A stretch of 64,000 nt of DNA from Porphyridium purpureum. Lineage: Eukaryota. Below are positions 1 to 10,568 of the stretch, piece by piece. The notes below the pieces were generated by a model. That model was not told the DNA's origin. It worked only from the letters and a program-made list of their open reading frames with translations, and ran no database searches. The translations under genes were made by a program, and so were the position numbers. Numbering within the stretch: the stretch's first letter is position 1; each line of letters opens with the position of its first letter. The stretch lies in contig VRMN01000001.1 in NCBI GenBank assembly GCA_008690995.1, positions 1,550,001-1,614,000 of the forward strand, given 5' to 3'.

Positions 1-619
1 CACTGGCTGCCGCGTTTCCTGCTCGTCGTTTTTCCGAGAGCAGGCGCAGCAGGTTGGACGGTTTTTCTAGCAGCGAGTCTGAAAGTGGCTCTTCCCGCAA
101 GGATGGCGAGCTAACGTTCAGCGACCCTTTAAACGAGTAAGGTGCCTCAGCGTCATCGTTATCCTCATCAAAATCCAGACCGTCGTTGTGAACGTCCTCG
201 TCCACGTCCACGTCGATGTCGATGTCGATGTCGATGTCGATATCCGCTAAAGACAACGACACTGGTTTCGCTTTCGCGATGTTTTTGCTATTCGTAGCGA
301 ACCCAATGGTCGACTTGGTTCGCACAGCCTTTGGCTGAGATTCCTTGCTCTCATCGACCTTGCTGGTCGCGAACAGTTTTAGTCCTTGAACATTAGATCC
401 CTTCTGCTCCGCCGGCACAAGCGAGTGCGATGTCGAGTCTTTCACTCTTGTGCGGATCTTTTGAAGCCGCAACCGTGATCGCGGCGACGTCGCCTCGCTG
501 GGTGCATGCGCCTTGCTGGTGCCAGATTTGGACGCAAGCGAGGAGCTTTTATCGGACAGCCCGGCGGCAAGGTCTTCCACAGTCGGCAGCCTGTTCGCTT
601 TGAATGCCCGCATCGACAT
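1..619 (-). CDS. Hypothetical low-complexity protein, 5' part; runs off the window start
   Basis: Manual translation gives a stop-free minus frame from ATG at 619 (MSMRAFKANRLPTVEDL...) through a DIDIDIDIDVDVDED acidic tract to position 1. It is missing from the ORF track because no stop lies in the window. Confidence 0.5.
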   Translation of the reverse strand, partial: MSMRAFKANRLPTVEDLAAGLSDKSSSLASKSGTSKAHAPSEATSPRSRLRLQKIRTRVKDSTSHSLVPAEQKGSNVQGLKLFATSKVDESKESQPKAVRTKSTIGFATNSKNIAKAKPVSLSLADIDIDIDIDIDVDVDEDVHNDGLDFDEDNDDAEAPYSFKGSLNVSSPSLREEPLSDSLLEKPSNLLRLLSEKRRAGNAAAS

Positions 620-1286
620 CTTTGAGAATGGAGGATGGGAAGTGTGCGCAGTCCGCGAGGCTCCAAGCCAAACTTTTCGCGAGCACCGAAAACGCCAAGC
701 TCGATCTCGACGCGAAAGCTACACCCCACCTCTTCTTTGTGCGCCCTCGTCCGCAGCCACACGCACAAACGTCCGCGTGCACGTGCTCGACGTGTGTGAG
801 TCGCCTCACCACTCACCTACAGCTCGCAGCCGGCCGGGCGGCGGCACTCTCGGTTCTGGCAGCCCACTCTGCGCAATCCCGCGTTTGCCAAGACCCGCAT
901 GTCCGTGCAGGCGCGGAAATCCAGCTGCGTTTTAAGTCAGTGACAAGCCGAATCCTCTCTAATCTGACGCAGCGTACAAACACCGCGCTGCTCGCTGCGA
1001 GGCCCGTCTCGACACGCGAACCGGTAGCTGCACCAGCCCCTCGCGCGCTCCCGCTCAGCAACTCACAACCTCAACGACGAGCACAACTGAATGCGTATGT
1101 ACGTGCGTGCACGCGTGTAAGCGCCCAGCCACTGCGCGGCCCACGAGGAGAGAAAGGGGCGCTGGCGCAGCGTCACGCATCCATCCATTCACCCATCCAC
1201 ACCGCGTGTCAGCCTACTGTCCCACACACGCTGTCTGTCCCGTCCCCCAACGCAAAATTCTCCGTGCCGCAAAACGGCTCACAGCG

Positions 1287-1373
1287 TAACCGCTCTAACC
1301 GCTCTAACCGCTCTAACCGCTCTAACCGCTCTAACCGCTCTAACCGCTCTAGCCGCTCTAGCCGCTTTAACCG
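1287..1373. repeat. 9-bp tandem repeat (TAACCGCTC)x7 plus about 2.5 degenerate units
   Basis: Read directly; lies in the intergenic region between divergent genes. Confidence 0.95.
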
Positions 1374-1581
1374 AATCAGCCGGAACCTCCGGATGGTTTG
1401 AGGTACAGTTGCGGCGCACCTGCGTTTGGCGCGACGGCTCTATTAAAACAGCGCGTTTGTATAATAACCTTACACTCGAATTGAGAAGAAAGAGGTACAG
1501 TGCTCGAACCGTAACGCGTGTTTCGTGGCAGGGCGGCCGAGGGGAGCAGGAATAAGGGAGGGAGAGTCGAAGGGCCAGAGG

Positions 1582-1896
1582 ATGTCGGGGGTGGTTGGGG
1601 ATGGCGGCGCGGCCGGGAGCGCGCCGCGCGTGGTGCCGTTCAAGCATGTGGTGAAGCCCGCGGAAGACGCGCCGGTCGACGCGTTCATGTTGTTGTCGAT
1701 GGTGTGCGGCGTGTTTGTGCTCGTGTTCAAGATCCGCATGTACTGCTGGTTCACCTTGCTGTTCTTCATGGCGTCCGTGGCGAACAGCAAGGCCAGCGAG
1801 GTCGATTCAAAGCAATTGATCTCCTCCTTCTTCCTCGTCCTCATGACGTTCTACATGGGCTACATCGGGCCCATGCTCGCCGCGCGCGCGGGTTAG
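1582..1896 (+). CDS. WDR83OS: Asterix / PAT complex subunit (UPF0139)
   Basis: 104-aa protein with three hydrophobic segments and the pattern 'D.FMLLSMVCG...K...CW...SVANSK...DSKQLISSF'. Confidence 0.8.
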   Translation: MSGVVGDGGAAGSAPRVVPFKHVVKPAEDAPVDAFMLLSMVCGVFVLVFKIRMYCWFTLLFFMASVANSKASEVDSKQLISSFFLVLMTFYMGYIGPMLAARAG

Positions 1897-2188
1897 CGCT
1901 TCGACCCTTGACCATCCCTTTAGTAAACCAAGCGCATGACGCGCGCGAGAAAGAGCGCGTACAAATGTGTACATCATGTCGCGATCTGCGTGGAGTGCGT
2001 GTGATGCTCGTCTCATTTTTGAATCCTTCTCAATTCGTGCGCTATCTACATACCCGCTGCGATTGGAAACACCAAAAAGACGGCGCCCGGCGTTCGTCAC
2101 TCTAAATTCCGGCCTGACGCGGTGACCGAGGTTGCTGCGTTTCTTCCGCGGGTGGGATTCTGCGCACAGAGAAGCAAAGCAGAGACCA

Positions 2189-3256
2189 ATGATGGACAAT
2201 CTGGCCGTTGTACTGCACGCGCAGGACGATCTGCGCATGGAAAACGTGGCGCTGCCCGTCGCCGGGCCTGGCGAGGTGCTGCTGCAGATGCAGAGCGTCG
2301 GGATCTGCGGTTCCGATGTGCATTATTGGACGCACGGGCGGATAGGCGATTTTGTGGTGCGCGCGCCGATGGTGCTGGGCCATGAAGCGTCTGGTATTGT
2401 TTGCGGTATTGGCGAGGGCACGAACACGTCACTGCAGGTGGGCGATCGCGTCGCGATTGAGCCGGGCGTGCCCTGCCGCGCGTGCGAGTTCTGCAAGGTT
2501 GGCCGGTACAATCTGTGCCCAGGCATGCAGTTTTGCGCCACTCCGCCCGTGCATGGATCATTGTGCCGCTTCTACAAGCACGCGGCTGATTTCTGCTTCA
2601 AGATTCCGGACGAGGTGTCGTTTGACGAAGCCGCACTGCTCGAACCGCTATCTGTGGCAGTGCACGCGTGTCGCAGAGGTGGTGTGTCGATGGGCTCCAA
2701 GGTGCTGATTTGCGGTGCTGGACCTATCGGCCTGGTCAATCTACTTGTCGCAAAAGCGGCGGGGGCGTCTGCGGTTGTCATGATTGACTTGAACGAAGCG
2801 CGTCTCGCCACTGCTATGGCGATGGGGTGCGACCACGTGCTCAATGCATCAGCGTACGCAACACCGACCCTTGTCGCGGATGCCGTGCGCGCCTCGCTGG
2901 GCGGCGAGATGCCCAACGTGACCATCGAGTGCAGCGGCGCTGAGTCGAGCCTAAAAAATGCCATCTATTCCACCAAGTCGGGCGGGTGCGTAGTATGCGT
3001 GGGCATGGGTCGACCTGAAAACTCGTTGCCCTTGCTCGAGGCGGCATGCCGCGAGGTCGATATTCGTGGAATATTCCGGTATGTCAACTGCTACCCCACA
3101 GCGCTGGAACTCATTGCATCAAAGAAAGTGGATGTCAAGCCTCTGATCACGCATCGCGTTCCACTGGCGGATGCCGTGCGAGCGTTTGAAATTACAAAGA
3201 ATATGACAGATAATGCTATCAAGGTGATTATTGATTGTGGCGGGAGTTCGTCATGA
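2189..3256 (+). CDS. SORD: Sorbitol/xylitol dehydrogenase (Zn-dependent MDR family)
   Basis: GICGSDVH, GHE, CxxCxxC...C zinc ligands and GAGPIG Rossmann motif. Confidence 0.93.
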   Translation: MMDNLAVVLHAQDDLRMENVALPVAGPGEVLLQMQSVGICGSDVHYWTHGRIGDFVVRAPMVLGHEASGIVCGIGEGTNTSLQVGDRVAIEPGVPCRACEFCKVGRYNLCPGMQFCATPPVHGSLCRFYKHAADFCFKIPDEVSFDEAALLEPLSVAVHACRRGGVSMGSKVLICGAGPIGLVNLLVAKAAGASAVVMIDLNEARLATAMAMGCDHVLNASAYATPTLVADAVRASLGGEMPNVTIECSGAESSLKNAIYSTKSGGCVVCVGMGRPENSLPLLEAACREVDIRGIFRYVNCYPTALELIASKKVDVKPLITHRVPLADAVRAFEITKNMTDNAIKVIIDCGGSSS

Positions 3257-3482
3257 CCATAGCGAGTTGTAACGGGACTCCTGAGATCTCGTGAGACAAT
3301 AAGCAGGGTCGATGCAGGTCGACATTGCGCCAGCATGTGGTACGATGGACGTCGCGAATGACTCTGGCCCTAGTTCTCGAAGTCGTTTCTTGGTTGTTTC
3401 CTCTTTTTTTTGGTTTTTGGGTCTGCGTGTTTCGCCTTCCATTATTTTTTTCTTAAAAGGAAAAGTCCGTGCGGCGAAGAAA

Positions 3483-4253
3483 CTATGCCTTGTCTTGATC
3501 TGCGTCCTTGGCCTTTTCCCGCGGGGATGTGCTCAAGAAACTCGGCAAACTAATACCGCTCTGCGTGTACGAGACAAAAAGGATCGACAAACACGCTCCG
3601 AGGCTAAGCGGTCTGCGCAAGCTCAGATACCAGCTAGGCACCATTTTGAGCAGCTGACGCTGATCGACATTGTATGCCACAATAAATCCTGCCAGCAGCA
3701 CGTTGGTCGCTCCGTACGAACTCGGCATGAGACACGCAGCCCATCCAAAAAGACTTGGAGTCACTCCATACAAAAAGCGGCGCGACAAGTCGGCTGAGCT
3801 CAAGCTGGGCATGCGGAGCGCCACGCCCCAGTGCACGGCGCCCAAGAAGCTCAGAATCACCGCGCCGTATGTGATGTGTGCTGTCAGCGCAAAATCAGAC
3901 ACGGCAGGCGGTATCTTACCCTCGCTCACGTAGGCGGACAGAATCACACCCGCTGACGACACAAAGGGCACCAGGCCTGCAAAGCCCAGCAGCGATGGCA
4001 CCATAGGAATCACGCGCTGATGAAGGTTGAAATTCTCAATCCATAGGTTGAATTGCTTAAACTCATTCGCACGGTCGATCTCCCTCGCGAGTCGAGGCGG
4101 CTCGACGCCTCCGGCTGCTCCCCCAGCCCCATCGTAACCTCCACCAGCGGCACCGCTTTTGCTACTGAACGTGGCCATGATCCTCCGCGCGGGCGCCACT
4201 GCGTACGCGGCGCGCCGCGCCATCGCTTGTGCGGCAGTGCGCCAGCTCATCAT
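3483..4253 (-). CDS. DUF3429 / TMEM69-like membrane protein with a putative mitochondrial presequence
   Basis: Motifs LGFAGLVPF, YGAVILSFLGAVHWG and PSWYLSLRRPLS; Arg/Ala-rich N-terminus starting MMSWRTAAQ. Confidence 0.8.
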   Translation of the reverse strand: MMSWRTAAQAMARRAAYAVAPARRIMATFSSKSGAAGGGYDGAGGAAGGVEPPRLAREIDRANEFKQFNLWIENFNLHQRVIPMVPSLLGFAGLVPFVSSAGVILSAYVSEGKIPPAVSDFALTAHITYGAVILSFLGAVHWGVALRMPSLSSADLSRRFLYGVTPSLFGWAACLMPSSYGATNVLLAGFIVAYNVDQRQLLKMVPSWYLSLRRPLSLGACLSILFVSYTQSGISLPSFLSTSPREKAKDADQDKA

Positions 4254-4612
4254 CCCGTCTCCTTGGCGCGCTGCAATGCGTCCTCGAGCTCTTGCTGGAG
4301 CTTCGGATTGCGGCGCGCCAGCAGTAGAACGTCGTCCGTGCTCACGCTGCGCCGCCGCGCGTGCGCTGAGAATGCGTGCAGATCGCGCGCTACAAGCTGC
4401 GCAGCGTACGTGACCAGCAGTCGTGCAAGCACCAGCTGCGCGTCGTCGCCGACGGGCAACAAATCGTCTTTGCTTTGCGCGAGCGATTCCACCACACAAT
4501 GCACGCCTACCAGCGCGTGCACGAGTGTCTCGTCCGGTGGGTCGTGCTGCGCTTGTCCCTGTGCCGGAGCCTGCCCAGGCCGTGCGCCGTCTCCGCTAGC
4601 GCCCGCGTTCAT
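4250..4612 (-). CDS. MHF1: Centromere protein S (histone fold, MHF1/CENP-S)
   Basis: Signature ARDLHAFSAHARRRSVSTDDVLLLARRNP. An alternative in-frame ATG exists at 4672. Confidence 0.88.
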   Translation of the reverse strand: MNAGASGDGARPGQAPAQGQAQHDPPDETLVHALVGVHCVVESLAQSKDDLLPVGDDAQLVLARLLVTYAAQLVARDLHAFSAHARRRSVSTDDVLLLARRNPKLQQELEDALQRAKETG

Positions 4613-4740
4613 GACTTTCTTTTTATTTGACAGGCATGGGCGATGGACGGAAAACTTTGTGGTCCTTGGCATTAAACGCCGCACATGCACTGCGACCCAA
4701 ATCGCGACGCCAAAAACAAGGTGCGATGCCTCCCGTGCTG

Positions 4741-6081
4741 CTATAGCTCGGCCAGGGCGTCATAGAGGCGTGTCATCTGCTCGGGCGTGCCCATGCTCAC
4801 GCGGATGCACTCGGCAAGGCCTGCAGACGAGTAGTACCGAATAAGAATACCTCGCTTCGCGAGTTGTTGCTTCACATCGACGGCGCGCCGACCACCTTGC
4901 ACGCGGCATAGAACATAGTTGGACGAGCTCGGGAACGGCTGAAGCCAGTCAAAGCGCTTCACTTCCTCGTAAAAGCGTGTGCGCTCTGCCTTCATTTTCT
5001 CCACCTTATCGAGCAGGTCCGCGCGGTCTTGAACCGACACGGTCGCCGCGAGCTGCGAAGCCACTCCTACATTGTACGGCTGCTTAATTTTCCACAAATG
5101 CTGAATAATCTCGAGCGGAAATGCACCGTACCCCACGCGCATCCCGGCCAGTGCCGCCCACTTGCTGAACGTGCGCAAAACGACCAAGTTGTCAAACTCG
5201 CGGACCCAGCCAATGCGTGTCTCGCCGCAAAACTCAAAGTACGCCTCGTCGAGCACAATGAGCGAAGGCAGCTTGAGCAAGCGCCGCAGTAGGCTGTCTG
5301 TGATAGTTGATCCGTCTGGATTGTTCGGCGAGGTCACAAATACCATTTTCGGTGGTTTCGCGGGGTTCCCGGACTCATACAGCGCCTCGAGCTCGTCAAT
5401 GGGGATCCGAAACTCGGCGTCGCGCATCAAGTTGATACATGTGGCGCCATTCACGTCCGAGTCAAACTTGTACATGCCAAATGTGGGGGGAAAATTGACA
5501 ACGCTCTCGCCCTGCGCCGGCGTAATGAACAGACGGAAAAGGAGATCAATGATCTCGTCCGCTCCAGCGCCTACTAATAAGTGCTCCTTGGGCAAGCCCG
5601 TGTACTCTTCGAGCGCTTCGCGGAGAAAGAGTGACTCGGGGTCCGGATAAATGTGCAGAAACGGCGCATCGCGGAGCGCATCGCTCACTTTGGGCGACGG
5701 CCCGAACGGATTTTCGTTTGCGTCCAGCTTGACAATGTCCTTTGGCTCCATGCCCAGCCGTTGCGCGAGAATCTCGTACGGCAAAATCGGGGTGTACGCG
5801 TCCATGTCGATGAGCTCGGGCCGGATGGCGTCTTTCACCGAGAACTTGCGCTGCCGAGCCTCGCGTTGGCCTGATCCAACCAACACATCAGGATAATCGG
5901 ACGTAGACATCGCGATGGGCGCCGTTTCTGACGCTACGTCATCCTTCGAGACACTCATCCACGCACGTGACCGACGCACACCACTCGTCGACGGCGCTTT
6001 CGACACGCTAGGACCCGCACCTGCAATGGCACCACGTCTTGCTCGAGCAGTTGCCGCAGCAACAAAGCCAGGCACGGACAT
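4741..6081 (-). CDS. hisC: Histidinol-phosphate aminotransferase, plastid-targeted
   Basis: KLDANENPFG, SPNNPDG, DEAY and RTFSKWAALAGMRVGY; transit peptide starting MSVPGFVAAA. Confidence 0.93.
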   Translation of the reverse strand: MSVPGFVAAATARARRGAIAGAGPSVSKAPSTSGVRRSRAWMSVSKDDVASETAPIAMSTSDYPDVLVGSGQREARQRKFSVKDAIRPELIDMDAYTPILPYEILAQRLGMEPKDIVKLDANENPFGPSPKVSDALRDAPFLHIYPDPESLFLREALEEYTGLPKEHLLVGAGADEIIDLLFRLFITPAQGESVVNFPPTFGMYKFDSDVNGATCINLMRDAEFRIPIDELEALYESGNPAKPPKMVFVTSPNNPDGSTITDSLLRRLLKLPSLIVLDEAYFEFCGETRIGWVREFDNLVVLRTFSKWAALAGMRVGYGAFPLEIIQHLWKIKQPYNVGVASQLAATVSVQDRADLLDKVEKMKAERTRFYEEVKRFDWLQPFPSSSNYVLCRVQGGRRAVDVKQQLAKRGILIRYYSSAGLAECIRVSMGTPEQMTRLYDALAEL

Positions 6082-6436
6082 GTCTAAGCCTTGACTCTCT
6101 CTGTCTCTTTCTACCGTCTGCTGCCGCAACCTCGGTGGCGTCGCCGGCCCCGTTCGTCACCCCGCCGTCAAAGTCGAATCGCTGGCGTCGAGCGCTTGGA
6201 ATATGAAAATGAGAAGAATGAGGCGAATTTGTGATATTTCGAAGAGTTGCCATGCGTGTGTTGCCGGTGGAGAGCGGCACCGACGCATGGTGGGAGCCGC
6301 GAACGCAGCAGGCTGCATGGTCGACCCGTCTGTTTAGTCACATACCTGGTGAGTATTCTTGAACCATCCTTTCACGCCTCGGCACGCAACACAGAATAAG
6401 CAGCGCCGTCCGGAAGATGCGTCAAGTGAGCGTGCA

Positions 6437-7486
6437 TCATGCACGCGAGAGACGAAGCAGCCAGAGTAGCATTGGTGGGGTACTGCCGTGAAGCAAGTGC
6501 CCGAGAGCACTACCGCCGAAAGCACGCATGATGCGCTCGATAAACAGCAACGCGTGTGCCGTACCGGGGGCAACCGCGCCATAGGTAGAAACAAGCACGC
6601 CGTCCACGACGAGGTTGCCGTGTGCCGTGTGTGGGTTGAAAAGCCCCTTTGCCTTGACATTTGTTGCGACACGAGTTACCCGAACGGCCTCGTCATATAC
6701 CGCATCGTGCATTGTATCTCCCACTCTGATATCCCGACCTTGGACCAGACGCCCGCCATTCACGTAAGCCAAATGGCCCCCGCTAAGAGTAAGAACCTTG
6801 CCGGACGCGAGCGCGATGCGCACGTAATCATCAGAAGAGCCATGGAGCTCGCGATGACCCCACAAGACGATGGGACTAAAGGTGTTCGAGGAAACCTGCA
6901 CTTGGTCGCCAATGTCAAGCTCAGACATGAGCTTGATCTTGCCACTCTGGAGCATGACAGTCGCATGCATCGGAAAGCAGTCTGGCGTTGGTGATGGTGT
7001 TGGCGTTGGCGATGGTGTGGGCGAGGGCACCGGCGTGTTTGTCGGTACTGCAGCCTGTTCGCACGTAAATCTGGCTTTCTGCGCCGCGTCGGGCGACCCG
7101 ATGGGCAAGCACAAGTCTGGTTCCCGGTATGTTACCGTTTCCTGAGTCTCACTACCACCGCTCACGCAGCTATCCTGTCCGGCCTCGTCATACGTGGCCA
7201 CAAGCACAGGCACTTGCGCGCTGTCATTGCCACTGTCCCGGAATTCACACGCCAAACGGCTCCACAGACCTAGCTCCGGCGCGTACCCGCAGGTGCTTAT
7301 CGGAAGGCTGCTCACGCAAAACTCAGGAGCCGATGAGCAGTTGAAGTCGCCGACGGCGTGCACACACGCCTGCACGTACAAATCAGGCACCAGCTGTCTT
7401 TGTTGCGGCACATGCGCTTGCACCTTTGCCACGAGCGCCAAAAGGCACAGAGTCAGGATTAACGAAAACAACATGGTGATTCGCAT
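6437..7486 (-). CDS. Secreted Hedgehog-type Hint (Hog) domain protein
   Basis: Signal peptide, Cys-rich domain and PT/PS linker. The Hint region reads D-CFP...MSELDIGDQV, LTLSGGH, GLFNPHTAHGNLVVDGVLVSTY, followed by an amphipathic tail. Confidence 0.88.
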   Translation of the reverse strand: MRITMLFSLILTLCLLALVAKVQAHVPQQRQLVPDLYVQACVHAVGDFNCSSAPEFCVSSLPISTCGYAPELGLWSRLACEFRDSGNDSAQVPVLVATYDEAGQDSCVSGGSETQETVTYREPDLCLPIGSPDAAQKARFTCEQAAVPTNTPVPSPTPSPTPTPSPTPDCFPMHATVMLQSGKIKLMSELDIGDQVQVSSNTFSPIVLWGHRELHGSSDDYVRIALASGKVLTLSGGHLAYVNGGRLVQGRDIRVGDTMHDAVYDEAVRVTRVATNVKAKGLFNPHTAHGNLVVDGVLVSTYGAVAPGTAHALLFIERIMRAFGGSALGHLLHGSTPPMLLWLLRLSRA

Positions 7487-8675
7487 CGATATACACGGCG
7501 TCCTGGCAAATATACCGCGAGGTGGACTTTAACAGCTGCGACCACGCGCTCGACAACGCAGGTGTCTCGCGTCACGTCGCCGCCTCCACGCAGCCGCGTT
7601 TCCCGATGCCAAACCGGGAAGCAATCGTGCTCGCTCGCGAGTCCATATAAAATGCTCCATTTCACTATAAAGTGCTGCGCTTACATTTTCTCTCACATGC
7701 ATTGTGCGAGTCCGCGCTGCGTGCGCTCGCCACCGCGAGTCGCAGCCGCGCTTGCGTTTGTCCTTCGTGGGCACGTGAGCACCTCGTGGACGACCGGCAT
7801 CCAGAACGCGCGCGGTTGGAGACGACGACCTCTGCTACAACGACGGCAATGACAACGACAGCGACGTGAAATACCCGTTTCACATTCCTCCTGGACTCAC
7901 GCCGCAGTCACAGCCGCGGCCTACACGAAGCCGCGCATCATTTCCAATGAACGCAGCACCTGACTAACATCCCAGCCGCGCATCATTCTCCACGCGCGAG
8001 CGCGCATCCCATTTCTACAAACCATCACCCGCGTGTCTGTCCTCGGGACACGACCCGCGTCCTGCCCGACCCGAGCAGAAAAATAACCCTGGTAAAATAT
8101 ATGTATATACACAGTAATTTCTTCCCATTATAGCCATCTCGCAAGCTTAGCTCAGTTGGTTAGAGTAACCGCCTCACAAGATTTATGAATCGAATCGAGG
8201 TTCAACGCGATTGGTGCGCGGTGGGTCGGGGGCTCAAAGTGACGGATGTCGAAGATTGTCCCCCAGCTTGTACTTGAGAAGGGCTTCGTGCCCACTTTCT
8301 TTTTGGTCCTCGACCCGGCCACTTGATCTGTGCATTGTCCGAACATATACGCACGTTCTCACGTCAGTTCACGCACCGCGACAGCGCCGCCCTGTTGTAG
8401 CCGCGCAGAGAGAGAGAGAGAGAGAGGAGAGACAGCAACAAGCTCAACGTTGCGCGACTGTTGCGACAGAGACAGGTCTCGCTGTTTCGCTGTTGTTTGT
8501 CTCACCCTCGACACCTGCCTGTGCTGTGGACGCCAGCCGGCGTTGAAATTCTCGCCGCCGAGTGGGGATTCTATTGTCTAATCGTGTAGCTGTTCCTGTC
8601 GACGACGCTCAGACATCGGCTGCCGCCGGGGGGCTCCACCTTGCGTTTTGTCTTCCGGAGAGGTGCTAGACCGCG

Positions 8676-9695
8676 ATGGCTTCGGCAACGAGGATGGACC
8701 GGGCCCGAGCGATCTTCGGATGTACCGATGAGGCGCCTGCGGTGGTCGGGGCGCTGTTTCTGCACGACGGCAGTGTTTCCACGTTGCTGCGTACACTTCA
8801 ACTGGCGCGGCAAAGCTTTCAGCACGCGCTGGCGTGCGATTTGTCCGCAGGAACAGACGGGCTGGCCATGCAGCAGCGCGCGACAGTGTTGTACGCGCGC
8901 GTCATGTTGGTGATCCAGCAGACGCTGCAGGTCGTGCAGCCTGACAGCGGCAGCGACAATGACGAGCTGAAGCAAGCCAAAGATGAATTCCAAAAGATCT
9001 TCTTCCGGTGCGCAATTGCGCTGGAGCAAAAGCAGCCGAGTGCCGTGCAGCTGCTTTATCAGCAGCGCATGCAGAGCATCGAGTTCGGGCTCACCATTGC
9101 GCGCACGGCATTCAAGATTTTCGAGAAAATTGCGCACGAGCGCGCACCGGGCGCAAAGTACTTTTGCGCTTTGCTCGGCTCGCGCGGCGCCTTGCAGGCG
9201 CGATCTGGCACCGAACCTTTCCACATAGACACATTGGTTGTGCCAGTGCAAAAGGTGGTCGACGGTCAGATCACAATCAAGGGGGACCGGCATGTTTATG
9301 AGTTGCAGCGGGTCAAGCAAGTGATGGGCGTGGGCTGGATCTTTTATGATCGCAGTGAAAAGGTGGCCGCTAGGCTGCAACCCTTCCAGACCGAAGCACT
9401 TGCTGTCGAGCAAATTCTCTTTCCCGAGAGTGTGTGCATCATCTGCAACGGGGTGTCTTCATCTTCGGCGGATCCATCAGTATTTCACCTTGACGACCCG
9501 GAAACGTTGCTCGCGAAGCTTTCACCACATGCATCATCAAAAGACTTTGCATCGTCGGTGCACACGTTGGTGCTGGAAAATTGCGACAGCCGCGGCCGTA
9601 ATTCCGAGCTCGGGCTCAGTATTTTGGAAGAAGACACCAAAGCCGCGCAGCTCGCCATGCCTCTCAAAATTTACGACTTGAACGCTTCTCGGTGA
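8676..9695 (+). CDS. Hypothetical protein
   Basis: 339-aa ATG-initiated ORF with globular composition; no family recognised. Confidence 0.6.
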   Translation: MASATRMDRARAIFGCTDEAPAVVGALFLHDGSVSTLLRTLQLARQSFQHALACDLSAGTDGLAMQQRATVLYARVMLVIQQTLQVVQPDSGSDNDELKQAKDEFQKIFFRCAIALEQKQPSAVQLLYQQRMQSIEFGLTIARTAFKIFEKIAHERAPGAKYFCALLGSRGALQARSGTEPFHIDTLVVPVQKVVDGQITIKGDRHVYELQRVKQVMGVGWIFYDRSEKVAARLQPFQTEALAVEQILFPESVCIICNGVSSSSADPSVFHLDDPETLLAKLSPHASSKDFASSVHTLVLENCDSRGRNSELGLSILEEDTKAAQLAMPLKIYDLNASR

Positions 9696-10568
9696 GGGCC
9701 TTATGCATGCTGCGGGTCCGCCCCGGATATTATCAAGTTGGAGGTGGAAAAAGTCATGCGGAGCCGAAACTGCGGCCAGATCCGATTTGCTAATGCCTGA
9801 TGAACATATTCTGTAGCGTTCGGAACGATGTCAAGGTCGCACGATTCAAAGCAGATTGGCCAGGACCGCTTCAGCTTCAGCCATTTCTTTGGACATGTCC
9901 CTTATCAGTGATCATAGACACAAACGAGATTTTCAACGAACGCCATGTGATACCGTCGTGGTAAACGCAGCAAGTCAAGAGCTACAATGAGCCTGTTCGC
10001 AAGATTTGAGCACGGCAAGGACGAAAAAATGTGCGCGTCCTCCTGCTTTCGATATGATTGGGGTTTACATCGAATTGGGAGATGTAGACGCTCGCGCACA
10101 AAGAAGGGGCAGAGCCTCGCCCGAATGAAATCCAAGGGAGTTGATGACGCGGGACTTGTGCTCTAGAATCTTCCGGAATGAAGACGAAGGCACGCAAACG
10201 AGTGCTTTAAGCGCTTCTGATATTGCATATTTCGTTTTTCACTAAAGGCTACGAATACTATTAATATCGTCATGCTACTCCAGCCTCTAAAAGCCCTGGA
10301 CCACGCCGCGTAAAAAAAAGTCAACCTGAAAGCCGCATCATGCGCGGGAAGCAAATTTACGCTCACACCAGGCTGTAGCGGCGGTCTGCCTGCACTGAAA
10401 CGGACGGGCATTCTTGAACTCGTGGTTCCCACCAATCGCACATGCCCGATTCAAAACCAACTGATGTCCGGATGCAGGACGTGGCGGTCTGTGCCTCAAG
10501 CTGCAAGCGCCTCGAACGCCGTCTGCTTTGCAACATGACAAGAAAGAGAGTGTCTCCAACACACGTGG

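Noticed and set aside
604..1401. 265-aa plus-strand ORF with NRS repeats
   Set aside because: No domain is recognisable; it is probably a GC-rich chance ORF running through the 9-bp repeat.
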